Shown here in pieces: positions 24,715-37,835 of a DNA stretch of 64,000 bases. Every line of letters begins with the position of its first letter. Within the stretch, counting starts at the first letter, position 1. Source of the DNA: Raillietiella orientalis (taxonomy: Eukaryota). Position numbers and translations under genes: made by a program. The stretch is from assembly GCA_036172245.1 (NCBI GenBank), contig JAYWIR010000024.1, forward strand, positions 1,736,001 to 1,800,000, read 5' to 3'. The notes below the pieces were generated by a model, which saw nothing but the letters and a program-made list of their open reading frames with translations, ran no database searches and was not told the origin of the DNA.

Positions 24715-27700
24715 ACACTCGGCGCTCCTTCTACCAGCTGGCTCCGTGGCTGGACGCTCAAAGGACCGTCGAGCCACGCCGACAGGGACGACGGAGCTCT
24801 TCGAGCAGCGTTGCTCGCGACCGCCGTCGCCGCGAGTGACGCTGTCACGCGGCGGCGATCCATTCGATCCGAACGCAGACCAAACGTAGAGCAAATCCAG
24901 GCTTCCTCCCCCGCTGCCGAAACCACATGTTTTGCGGATGGGCGGCGAACCCACCGTCGTCCCAGTCCGTCGTCGTTCAAGCAGCGGGCGCCCCTCGGAG
25001 ACAACGCGGATGGCGCCAGTCGCACGGCAGCTCTCTCGGTGGCACAAACCGAGCACCTCGACGAACTTTCAGGATCCCCTTCCTCCTCCTCCACTACCAC
25101 CACCTCTTCCTCGCGAGAGCCAGCTGACGTCTGGGCGGTTCAAGGACAGCGGCCGCTCCTGCGCGTTTGCCACCGCGTGCTCCCAACCAAGTCCGGGCCG
25201 CTTCCGGTCGCCTCTCGTCCGTCCCAGCGAGAACTTTGTCGTAAAAGATAACGAAATTTTATGCGGGCATTAGCAAAATTAGCCTCCAGGACAACAGTCG
25301 ACCCTCTGACAAGTTCATTTGCATAATGATCCTCGGCCATTAAAAGGGAAGGTTGAAGATTTCGGAAAAGCAAAACTCTGCATGCTCGCTCGGGGAGACG
25401 CCACCTTGAATCAGGGTCAGGCAATGGCCAGGCAGCACGGATTCCTCCTCTGAAAAACGCCGCATAAGTGCAGCCCTAAATAGGAATGGGACGGAGGTCT
25501 TCCTCTCGCGAAAAGGTACCAACAAATGGATGGAGGGCATCGGACGTGCCAGGAGGCAAGCCTCCGCACCGCCACTGGCAGCGCCAAGCCAAGAGCATGG
25601 CTTGAGGAGAAACGCACGCCATCCGCAACGCCAGCGGTGCGGATGGAGTCGCCGCAAGAGCAACAGCACCGCGGTAACTCTCACGGTACACATCCGGCGC
25701 CGCCTTCCCGCACGTCCCGCCACCGACCTTTCGCCCCCGGCAAGCCGCTCCTTGCCTCCACACCCTTCTCGCTGGAGACGCCCACCGAAAGGCGCTCCTG
25801 AGCTCTTGGGCGCAGGTCTGACCTGGGCCCGGGATGGCGGTGTTGGCGCTGGACGATAGCAGCATACCATCCCGCGAGGCTTCTGGAGCGGGGAAACCCA
25901 CTGGCCTTGCCTTTGTGACCGCGGTCCGCTCGCCGGCGCACGAAGTACGTACTTCCTTTCTTCCTTCCTTCCGCGCTGGTGGACGCGGAAGAGCACCTCC
26001 CGCGCCTTCGGCGCGAGAGGGACAGAAGATCGGCGTCACTCCGGCCACCAGAGGGCGAGAATGCATTCCTGGACCCCTGTAAGCGCCCCCGGCTTGACCG
26101 AATCGGTGCTTGAGGCATCTGGAACTTCCCGCTTCCTAGCAGAAAGATGGGATGAAAGTTTGGAAGTCCGGTGGCCCGCCATCAATCCAAGCGGATGAGG
26201 AATGCGAGCGGAGCAATGGAACTCACGTATCGAGGCACACCCCACCAGGAAGAGGATTGGATCAGAAAGAACTCCACGCGGGTCTGGCGGCTGGGAGCGG
26301 CTGCCTTCAGGAAAGGCGGCTCCCGCTACGGTACTGTAGAGGGAGGCAGTGAGCTCCCGGACGATGAGCTCAGAAGACCGGAGGTCAACTTGAGCACTCC
26401 GCCGCCCCCCTGGTGCAAAGGGCCTTCCCGGGCCGCCTTCGTTCAGGAACGTCCGCTCTCGCGAAATCCCCCAGGAACGGGGGGAAAGCGGTAGAGCACT
26501 TCTTGAGTAGCCTTTCCGGCGCGAGAGGGCACATCTTCCCAGTCGATTTGCAAGGAATGTTCAGTCTTATCACTTCCTTTCCTTTTCGTCCCCCTATTCC
26601 CTTCCACATCCTCCTCTTCTTCACTTACTTCCGTCCATTTCCCTTTCTCCTTCTTCCTCCTCCTCTTCCTTCCTCCACTTCTCTCCCCTTCCTCGCTGAG
26701 AAAACTGTGGAACGAACGGTCAACCTCGATCAAGTACACGATGGCTCGCATCGGCACCCCCCCTGGCCAACAGAATCGCAGCCACCCGGTCCGCCCTCAT
26801 CTCGCGTCCCACATCCTCCCACATCTGGCTCTGCCCCCATGCACGCAGCCGCCATGTATGCCTCACAGGGAATCACCTTAGCCAGAGAGTGCGCCGCACG
26901 GAATTGCCTTCTCCTTCCATCCCTTCCGCACTCATGGGCACCGCATGCGTCGCATCCTTCATCGTGTCCCCACGCCTCCGATGCTGAGGAGGGAATGCGA
27001 GCGGACGGAAAAGAGAATTTTTCCAGCGTTGTCGCCGGTCTCTTCCATCCTTTCTCAGACTCCAGAAAGCCCCATGCATCATCCTACCTGCCATCCCTTC
27101 CCCCCCTCACCGAGGACACGCCCCTTCCGCGTTCGGTTGGCAGGAGTGTCCCGCAGCTCTTCTCCCTCGCCTCTCCTGGGAGCTCCTGCCGACCGCAGCG
27201 CTCGCCCGGATCGGGAAGAAGAAGAAAAAAGAAAGAAAGAAAGAAAAACAGAAGGGAAGAACCCCAGCCCGCTTCCGGGTTTTCGTGGGCACAATCGGAG
27301 GGCGCGCCCTCTTCCGAGGGTCCGGCCAGAGGGAAAGAGGGACCGCAGGATCCCGCGCTCAAGAAGAGGCTCTTCCGGGAGAGCGCCCCCGAACCGGTTC
27401 CGAGCGGCTCCTCCCCTTCGGGACCAGCAGGCGTCGGCATCGGCGTCCCCGAGGGTGGTTTGAGGCCTCGACCTTGGGAGCCAAGCGTCACGGCCCATCT
27501 TGGGCGGGACCAGCATTGCCAGGCATCTCCGAGGTAGCATCGTGGCCAATGGGGAAAGCCGCAGTTGCTCGGGGCCCCGGTTGCGTGGCAACCAGCTTCC
27601 GCTCGATTCCGTCGGTGCAGCTTTGACCGGATGGACTGCTCATCGCGAGACCACGCAGACTGACGGCGCGACCCCGTCTCCTAGGAGACCACCGGTGAAG

Positions 27701-28050
27701 CATTCACTGAAAATGACCCGCTTCCCCGCCATGGCAGGAGAGAGGTGGAAAAAAAAGGAGGAGGAGCCCTGAGGATGTTCACCGAAGCCACGGCGACGCT
27801 CTCCCTGCGCTTTGATCCTCACAATTTGCGAAGCCACGGCTCCCCTTCGCGCCGAGGCGCCGAACATTTCCATGGTCTGCAATGCCGGCTCCTCTGCCGC
27901 CGCCCGCTTCTGAAAACCCCAGACGCATCCCCCGATTGCCCAGGCTTGCCAAGTTCCTCCAAAAAGTTCTCTCCCGGGATCCTCCGACGGCACCCGTCCG
28001 CGGCTGGCGAGGGGGAACCGCAGCCGAAGGTTGCTTGAAACGGAAGACGA
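24715..28050 (-). mobile_element. Heavily decayed near-complete LINE (ORF1, APE, RT N-terminal half)
   Basis: Minus-strand collinear remnants: GGCVWGFQKRAAAEEPALQTMEMFG (ORF1), IGHDA / RRCL..KMGRDA (knuckles), FLGDF and TRVEFFLI (APE), AVRLAP and RRSFER (RT). Confidence 0.45.
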
Positions 28051-31000
28051 GGGATGGGCAGCAGCGAGAAGCCGAAGAAAACCTCAGTGGATGAGGCATC
28101 TGCACGAGAGCGCACCTGGATAAAAACGGAGGCTGCGAAGAAGCTCGGAGACTTCGAGCCTCCAAAAAAAAAAAAAAAACGCGCTCGTGAGCCTTCTGGA
28201 GGAAAAGCATCTCCTTTGTCGTCGGGAAAGTCATCCGCAGGTTGAGTCACACCTCCGGAAAAAAAAAAAAAAACAAGTGCAATAAAATCACTCAGAGACG
28301 TGTAAAGAGGAATTGTGCTGCCAGTGGACATCCGTAGTAAACGGCGTCCGTGAACCCATGTAATTTCCATGACCTGGAAGCCAACTACGTGTAACTTGGA
28401 AGGGAATATCGGGTGAATTTGAAAACACCTCTAGAAGAAGAAGAAGGAAAAAAGGGGGGGGAGGAGGGGGGGGGGAGAGGAAGGAAAGAATGAAGGAAAA
28501 ACAGTAACCTGAGTTTTCTTTTTTCTTTTATTCATTTATTTTTTTTTCTCTCGCAGCTTAAGCCGCGAGCGAGCACGCAAGTAAATATGGAGGCGGCGCC
28601 TCACGTGGAAACGCCGTTGCTATGTTGGTCACAACTTTCGTACGCACGTCAGGAATGCCAGGAATCCGATTTCAAAATAACTGCCCGTGACACGCCGCGT
28701 CTCAATGCGAGCGCGAACTTCTCTTGCGGATGTTCATTGGACCATTTTCTTCAGAAACAAGCTATTAATATAGGAGGAGTGTTCTGAAATTTGAGGGAAT
28801 GATTTGGCTTTAAAAAATAACTACCAGTTCGAATGCAATAACACTCCTCGAATGCATTCCTCGATATCTCTCTCCCTTACCCTTCGCAACATCTGTTCCT
28901 TGCAGGTCCACACGTCTTTGTTACCGGCAAGGGAAGGAGCATATGCACTCCGTAAAAAAGGAAAAAGAAAAAAAAATACTTAATGAAGCAGGAAGAGAGC
29001 GGGAGTTTTTGTGAGCGCCCGCGCGCGTTTCTCAAAACACAAACAGGTGAACGAGGATGCGAAACGACGCGTTGGGGGACCTCTCGTAGGCGTGAGGGAA
29101 GACCGCCGAGATGATAAGAGGAAGAAAAAAAAAGAAAGGAAGAAAAAAAAAAAAGGAGGCGCACGGGGAGATTGGACCGTTTGGATGGAGAATCTCGCGC
29201 CACGGCGACGCTCTTCGGCGATGCATGAGCAGCGGGAAAACGGACTGGACCGCGAGCGCGGCAGCCGTGTCGAGTCTCTTCGAAAGGAAGAGGGGGAGGG
29301 GGAAGGAGGGGAGGGGACGGAAATGCGGCCGTGCGGAAAGCCACGGGCCCTTCTCGCAGGCGTTCTTCCGCCGACCGCGCGCGAAAAGTGAAGGCACCAT
29401 CTCGCGTCGCAGCAAGCGACAAAACATGCAACCCCCCCACCCCCACCCACCCCCTCTTGCAGAAGCGGCTCCCGTCGCCGCTTTTCCCCGACCCTGGACC
29501 GGCTGCGGGCCGCACGGATAGGGGCCGGACCTGCCCCCGCTCGCTCCCCATAGAGCTCTGCCGCATTGCAAACGAAACCGCAGACTCGCAAGACGAGGTC
29601 TCAGTACGGGAGGGGGGGGGGGGACTTTCCACCCGCCCACCCCCTCCCAAGCCGTTTCCTTACGCCCCGTAACGCGGATGCTGCAATTCGCATCCCGGAT
29701 TCATGACACTCGAATTAACGACGTGCATCCTTCCTATCGACATCTTTTTTGTTTTGGTGAACGTTCGATTTCCCTCCCGTCCTTTTGTTCAACTTACTGC
29801 CCAAGGGGCAGTCCGTGGTCACGGAGCTCCTTCCGACACAAACTTTGATCAAGGGTGGAATTCGAACTGTTTCCATCCGAAGACGCCATCCCCAACGGGG
29901 AAGCTGTCGTCCTCCTTCCTCGAAGCCGTGCCGCGCGCGTGCAGCCGCACCGCGGTTCAGCGTATGACCGAGGAGAACACAAAAGTCTGTTCCTCGACGC
30001 GCGCATCCGAAGAATGGCGTCGGTGCTTCAAAAAACCGCTTTTGCTGCAAACCTTCCGCGCATGCCGCGGCTCCGAAACTGAGCTTCAGCGTAAATTGCT
30101 GCCAATACCATTCTTTTCCCAAAGAAATGCCTACTTAAGGGGGGCATAAAAAGCGTAAAATAGGTCACGATCTTTGGACGAATTCCTGTAATGGAAGATG
30201 AACAATTATCCTTTTATCAGATGCAAGAGGCTTATCGAACGTAGCCTGGAGCCATAGGAAAGCAATGCAGCCTCGTCTTGGTTCCCTTCTAAGCAATCAT
30301 TAATGACTAATAAATTCAACTCTCTTAAAGCAAAAATGTGTGATCTTGAAGCAAACTGTTATTCTTCGAAAGGTCAGGTGAGAAAACTGAGAGCTGGGGA
30401 ACAATTTTTCACGGAACCTCTTGCCGGACCTGCCTGAGAAAACGACGAAAATTCCACCCACTGGAAATATGAAAATGAATGCAAAGATTTGGAGGGAGGA
30501 GGGGGGGAGGGGAGGGAACTGCCATTCCGCTTGGAGGCTTTCCTATCCTGAAAAAACAGCGCCCTTAAACCCAAGCTCGCATCAGAATAAGCAGCAATCT
30601 ACAAAAAGTGCGACAATTTCGCTCCTTCGGACTCGGTGGGGAAGAAAGAAAGAAAGAAAGAAAAAGAAAAAAAAAGAATCAACCGGAAGCTGAACGCAGA
30701 TTCGAGCGAATCAATCACAAAACGATTTTTTTTTTTTTTTTTTTTTCGAGTGCCCTTGATGCTGAGAAACCAACTAAGAAACCCACTGCGATCAGATGAA
30801 AGACAAGGAAGAAAAGGGCAGCACTCGCAACTGTGGGCTCACTAGGATGGGCTTCTTGTTCAGCAGGCCCCGTGACCCAACAGAGAATTATTCAACCCAT
30901 TACGAGAGGACCCTCGAATATCCGCACCGGTGAAATAGTTGGCATTCCGACCTTCCACCTTTGCTTTCGATCTTTACGTGCCCCTGCACGTGGTCGAGCC

Positions 31001-32732
31001 TAGGGACCAGGTTTCAAGGAAGCGGGGTTTCGGGGAGCAAAGGTGAAACGGTTTGCTGCTGTGAATGCAACTTCAGAAACGGCATGCTGGGGTTTCGTTC
31101 TTCCGGCTGTGAATCAAATGAGTGTGCGGCTCTGGCGGATTGTTTTTTCATACGAACAGTGACCACCACCAACTGGGCGGAACCGTTTTCTTTTTAGCCT
31201 GCTTGTGGACTCCAGGTTTTGCGCTGCGCGTTTTGTTAACGGTCCAAAACGTCGAATGATTTCCACGCTCGTCCACGTCAGCTACCACAGATAGACAGAG
31301 ACGAGAGATGTTTACTTTCGTGCCGCTCGGCGCAATTTTGGTCTCGTGCCCTAACACAACGAGGCCTCATGAATGGTTCACTAGAACGAAAAGTCTCGAA
31401 AAGTGCCGCACTGCCACCGGTGGTAATGTGTAGCTTTTCAGGAAAAAATCGATGTTTAGATGAAAGTTGTAAAAAAATACAGCGGAGCACCTGCTGATCG
31501 TTGTTACGCCCACGACTGTCCGCAATGGATCCGCTTCAAAACCATCCAAAGTAGAATGTTAAGAATAAGTGGCTTTAACGAGTCTGCAGGCTAATCACTA
31601 CAGCCGAAAATTCATCCGAAAATGAATGTCTTAAAACAACGGAATCTCCTCGTCGCATTTCCTTTGCAGCTCCTCCGTGAGTCTGTCTCTCAGTCTCGAT
31701 TATTCACGGTGCAAAGTTCTTTTTACCATTTTTTCTTTTGCCTAGAAACTCAACATTATGAAATTCAGCATAGGTAAGCATTGTGTGAAGATCACTTTCA
31801 CGTGATTATCTGCTTTTCATCTACTTTAAATGTCGTTCCACCTTTGAGCTCGAACCCACAAATAAAATCTGTTTCTTTTATGGAGAGAGCCGAAAGAGAC
31901 AAACTGGTCCGTTCCAATGATGGTATTCTTTCAGGAACAGCAGAGGAAAGTCCACAGGCTCAGCGGCGCCTATTGTCATCTCCATGACATGGATATTTCC
32001 ACAGAAATATCTCATCAATTATGTGCCGGTCTTTGGATCGACCGACAGATTTAAATTGAGTTAGGGAAAAGCATTTTTCGAAATTTACCGGAATTATTAA
32101 AGTCTATATACATAATCGCAAAATTGATCGATTTTTCAGAATGTGGATGATTTCTTCGTTTCGTTAGTTCTTTCGGTTGTGCTTTCTCTTTTGAAATGCT
32201 AGAATCAACGTTTAGCTGCCATTTTAACCCTCATGCGTTCTGACTATCCTGCATTGTTCTGAACTCCTACATGTGGTACATAGTTATTTTTCGGAAATCA
32301 TAAATGCTGAGAAATTCCTCTATAGGCGCCTCTAATTAAGTCAAATAAATATGAAATACTGATAGATTTGTATTAAGCATAATCTTATCGTTTTCAGCTG
32401 AAATATGGGATCGCTATGAATATGAATTTATTCATTTCAAGTAATTTTACGGTAACTGCTGTCTGTCTTCTTTTTTTTATATATATATTGTTTGTATGTG
32501 CGCATGTGTATGTGTGTTTCACTACAGAAAAGTGAACTCTACGCGTGTAGCAAACAACATTGAAATCATACTCGTTCCATAAGAAATTAGGAACGCTTTA
32601 GTAAACAAGCAGATTGGTGTTGAGACGTAAACATATTTTGCATCTTTCAAGACAGGAGCTCACACTTTCAGATTCTCAGAACAGGCAGGATTGCCAGACA
32701 GAATGGACTTCAAAGCTGGCGCGCAGTTCCTT

Positions 32733-33184
32733 TTACGCTAGTGTTATTTCTTGCCACTCTTCATTGAGATGAGCCCTGAGCACGGATCGGAAGGTCTCGA
32801 GTCTTCGGAAGCAATGCTGAAAGAAAAGAAAAAAAAGGACAAATTCATGGATTTCAGCTCATCTACTCGGAAAAGAGCCTCGCAAACATGCTCGGGACAG
32901 GGAGCAGTCTTCATCCCTCATTACTCATTCACAAGCCACCCTCGCACAGATGCTAGTTTTCTCCAAGTACACAATAACACAACGCTGCAGAGTGTGTAAA
33001 CAGCTGCTGCTGCTCACTAATTCTAGAAGAATTAGGACCCAGTGTCAGCTCTGCACTCTCTCTCTGCTCCTATCGTTACTTCCAGGAAAGTAATTCTTCA
33101 CCTCAAAGTGAAGGGTAATCACCTGGGATTCGGGAAAGTAAACCGCCCTCGTGTAGTCGACGGCCCCACATCAGAACTTGCTTG
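32733..33184 (-). pseudogene. Two exon-like segments (33184-33102 and 32816-32733) of an unidentified gene or pseudogene
   Basis: Poly-T AG acceptors and a GT donor join in frame to SKF*CGAVDYTRAVYFPESQVITLHFE|HCFRRLETFRSVLRAHLNEEWQEITLA*; one internal TGA; no family recognised. Confidence 0.25.
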
Positions 33185-36100
33185 CTGCCAGAAAAAAAAA
33201 AAAAAAAAAAAATGCAAAATTCACCCCCTGCCAGGTGAAGAACTCGAAAACAAATGAGAAAACGAATTTTGAAATAAATATATTTAATTAAGGATTGGGA
33301 ATATGCGACAACGGCATTTTTTTTTATTGCGTTTACGGCTGCGTCTCCAGCATAAAGTGCATCGAAAATCATTTCATTCACTGAATAAATGTTTCTCTAT
33401 CAAATATGAAGCACCATGGGGTTTTCAAAGAATAATTGAACATTTCTTTTATTGCTCAAGTTGATGTTTTACTGAAGACGGGCCTGATGAACCGATCACG
33501 AAGGTCATGTGGAACCATAGATGCATTCATTACAAACTCTGCCCAGTAAGAAGTGCAAAAGGATAAGCTTTCTGGATAAAGCTTGCTGAAGTGCTTCAAG
33601 TCATTGATTTGTAAAATGGAGAATTTGGTTATCGGCACAGCAATGTACAGCTCGTGTACATTTTGCAGAGCAAAAATCAAATGGGTTTGTTGAGATTAAA
33701 ATTGTGGATAAATGTTTTGCCACCAAGACCATCAGAAATGTTTTGAGCTACTTTTTGATTCATGAAACACTATTACATAAAGTATAATGTGCAAATGAGT
33801 ATTTCTTAAACTGGAATGCAAAATGAGAATGAATTACAAACGATTATGAGAACTAGTTTTTACAAATGTTTGTGTGTTCATGTATTATGCCTTGAGAATA
33901 TTGGCATCTTTACAACAAACAATTACAAAAAGACAATAGAGAATCTTGTTAAGAATTTTCAAGGGAGCAGCTGGAAAGTGTAGATGGATGTGTTTTTATG
34001 TGTAGAAGGCTGAATAATTTCTGAGTAAGTGGTGAGTTAGATGCAGGGAGTAAAGGTGAATTAAAGGATGAATTTATCTTGGAATTACATGAAATCATGT
34101 TCGCATCATTGCCAAATGGATAGCAAGAGCAGCAAAGAGTCATTCAAATAATAGAGAAGAATTGACATCTAAATGAAGAAAGCTTAATGAGTTGGCATTT
34201 ATCTAGCATAAGATAAGAAACCATGGTTTATATAGAGAGAAAAATCAAGAATAGATGTATTGGAAAAAATATGATGCATTAGAGGGTTTCGAAAATTGTT
34301 TAAGTGTAAGGAGAGAAGCTGATTGGAAAGCATGGAGTTTGAGATTTAAGGATATGGGAAGGCACAGAAATCCAAAGGGAGTGGATGTAAAAGTAGTAGA
34401 AGGTATTAAGCACAGTAAAGTTTTACCCTTCATGTGCACATTAGTTAGCGATTTTTATCTGCAGTAGGCAAGTTTAAAATGATAATTAAGAATATGAGTT
34501 TGGACAATTTATGTGACATGAATGGTGTTGTAGGAGGTTGAAACAGATTGTTGCTTTCCTTATTATTAGAAACTTTCTAATTACTTTCATCTCGAACATT
34601 TTTTACAGGTCTGCATTCATCATGAATGTTTTATAAGTAAAGGTACTCCACATAGACAACAAGTAGTGTTTTTTAGTGAAACCAAATTTGCCCAATATTT
34701 TGGGACGTATTAATAATTGAAGAAACATGAGCACATTGATGTCAATTCTTGGAGTACATTTACGTCCATCACTAAGGTAATTATAGAGAAAGGAAAACAA
34801 GTAGATACTGTTTGAAAATTCTAAAGCAAAGCTTGACATTGAAACACAGTAGGCATCTCTTGATGCCTAATTGGATATTTATGTTCTTTATAACAGAATT
34901 ACTGTTTCAACTACATATTGCTACTGTGTACATAGATGCATTACTGAATCATTGAGTTGGAATTACCAGAAAAGTTCATGGTAACAAAGCAACTACTTGC
35001 TTTTTACCAAGCAAACTCTGTCACGGAACATACAACTCTGAAGCAAGAAAATTCAAAGTAGTTGATAATCTGCTGCTTGAGGTTGGAACTGAGAATGCAA
35101 AAAAGGAGAAGGGGACCTTTCTTTTGATGTTAATCTGTGATTTGCATTATGTGGTTTTCCATAATTATAAGCTTATTAACAGTGAAATATGATCTCAAGT
35201 AATTTTGAAATTTTTCATAAAATAACCTGAATGCATTATAGGTATTGAGGCAGATTGGTGTTTAAAACTACGAAAGAGAGCAATGGAAGCCACGTAGTTG
35301 AGTCAAGGGAGCATGAATGTTTGAAAACAGTGTTAGAATGAATGAAATGTTTGCTAGTGTTGAAAAAGTGAACTTGGGTGAATAATAAACCATTTTCCAG
35401 CTTATGTATGAGATAATTTATTTTTTGTTGTACCACAATATTTCGAGGTATACAAAAATGTTCCTCAAACTATTATGCTGCATGGGAACTGATGAACAAG
35501 GTGTGGGAGGCAAGAAAGTGAGATATTCATGTGAAATGCGTGAAGGTTCCCAAAGAATGAAGCATGTAGCAAAAGTAATAGGAACTTTCAGAAACATTTA
35601 GCAAGTATATTGGGAAAAAAAATGCATTCTTCAGTATATTGCACATAAGAGCACTTCAATGTAAAGGTGAATTTACATCACAATTATTCTGAAAGTAATT
35701 ATGAGATGATTCTGAATTGGGAATAAAAGAATAATGCTGATTGTATACATTGCCAAAGGAGTTCTAATACAAGGATGAAAATCCAAATGTGGCCACCAGT
35801 GAGATGAGTGGTGATTTACATGTGAGGGGATTTTAGAAAGAATCAGTTGAATGATCAAGTAAAAATCATCCTAAGTGAAATTGGTATGTGCTACATGTAA
35901 AAAGCGAGAGAATGGATCTCTACTACAGATTACTACAGTGGTCATCAGCTCAAATTGTGCCAAGCTTTCCAAGTGAAGTAAAGAAAACTTTGTGGAAATG
36001 TAGGAGATGCAAATTTTCAGAATGGTTGTGAGTGAGAGTGAATCCATCTTTGATCGACTGATGTCTTCATAAAAGAAGCATGAACACTTGAGCAATTTTC

Positions 36101-37673
36101 CGTTTTTCTTTTTCCACAAATTAGTTATGTGTAGCTGTATTGGTTAATACGAGGGTTTACATAAAAGTGAGGAAATATCTTCACTGTTGAGCATTAAGTA
36201 TTAATTACCCAGCAGAAATGAAGACTGTGTCAGAGGCCAGTGTTGCTGAGAATTTCCGATTAGGCCAAATGTTGAATTTAAAAAAGAAAAGATATTTTTG
36301 ATGCTTTCCTCTTCAGAAAGGTATCACATTACATGGAATATTGTGCAAAGAACAAAGGAAATGAGCAGGCTACTTGCAAGCCTAGGATTGCCCCTCCCAA
36401 TCAGACTGTGCATGTTCTTGTCTCTATTGAACATTAGTCCAACCCACGACCGTTAATAAGATTGATAAGTTATGTCCGGTGGAACTTCATACATATCAGT
36501 GTGATCAGATAACTAATTTGATGAAACTTTTCGTTGATACATGAATCCGAAGTAATTAATAGTCCAATGGCTCTTGAAAAAACAAAATGCTATTTATTGA
36601 TTTTTAGTCTCCAAAGCTCCAATGGATTTACTTATTCCAATTTTTCTTAAAACCCTATTTTCCTTTTTATTAACATTACGTTTTGCCTTAACACTTTGGA
36701 CACTACTCTCCCTAACAAAAAATCTTTTATTATATTTATTGGTTGAGGGCCAACAACTAGATTGAAATTAAAGAATGGGTTTCGGGGATTTTCCTTCATG
36801 AGGTGTGAAGTTTGGAAGCTGTGAAATCGCCCTCTGAAAGTTACCATCTGAATTTCCTCCCAAGTGCGGAAATGGATTTGTGATCCACTAAATTGTTCCT
36901 TCGCTCCATTTGTTGCCTTGGGCTACAGAAACATACTAAAGACCGGAAAGAAATTGGTCAGACTAAGTGACCATCTGAGTTTCCATTTCCACATAGCTGT
37001 TTGCAAAGCCGGGTTTAACATCTCCATGTTAAGTCAAGTAGCACAGCAACGCACTGGAAAATTCGGTTGGAGGATCGCGTGATTCTCTTCATGATATTCA
37101 TACAGATGATTGTGTGTTTTCCTTCCTCTATAAGACTGTGTTGTAATGCATAAGGATTATGCTTATTCGAAAGATTTTAGAAATCTCCTTCGATTCGACG
37201 TGTATTTTTGGTTGTCGAAGAATTTACTATACAGTAAATTTGAAGAAGAGTTCGTTGCCTCACTATCAATCTCGAAATGCAATACTTTGGAAGAAGAAAG
37301 AACCAAATTTCAAGCTTCAGTACCCGATGATTTTTGTCCACAAGTGTAAGAGAATGTCGTACACCTTATGTGTAGTTTGAAGCTTGAAGAACCAGGTACA
37401 CATTTTTTTTGTCAACATTCAAAAAGAACCGCTTTTACAAGGACCAACAGGATTTCCAAGCATGCAGTGATCCGTGGAAGTTGAAGCAAATCATTGCCGA
37501 AGATTCAGGTTCCTTAAATGAAGATGAACTTTAGCAAAGGCAGGAGACAAGCTCTGGATCTCATTAGTGCATTTTCTTCTGCATTTAGCGTATTGATATG
37601 CCCTCTCGTCTAATGAGCAGAGCTATGAGAAATGCAGACCGTGTCTTCAAATCGTGACCTTGAAAGTTCTTAT

Positions 37674-37835
37674 CTACATTCCTGGGAACTTGCGGAGCCA
37701 CTCACAGAACTCTGAAAACCACAAGTGAAAATTCTCGTCAGCCGGTTCTTCATCACATGGTTTACGAATCGCTGTAGTCCTTCTATACGCATAAGGTCGG
37801 GGTGCTAGTTCATGTACCAACTTTTGGAAAGCTTC
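37674..37835 (-). other. Possible terminal coding exon of an unidentified gene
   Basis: CTAATTTTGCAG branch/acceptor, then an open frame EAFQKLVHELAPRPY...WFSEFCEWLRKFPGM*. Confidence 0.25.

Noticed and set aside
60..28370. Many long ORFs in the track (e.g. 2368-3393, 13852-14781, 20628-21647, 26413-27537) as host genes
   Set aside because: GC-rich, stop-poor TE debris, often antisense or chimeric across elements; no coherent domains or splice structure
33456..33680. Minus-strand 74-aa ORF ending near an AATAAA, as a gene
   Set aside because: No clear start codon or acceptor and no recognisable family; cannot be supported
34850..34869. 8-bp hairpin TAGGCATC-TCTT-GATGCCTA (also a 7-bp one at ~46416)
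   Set aside because: Short enough to occur by chance in 64 kb
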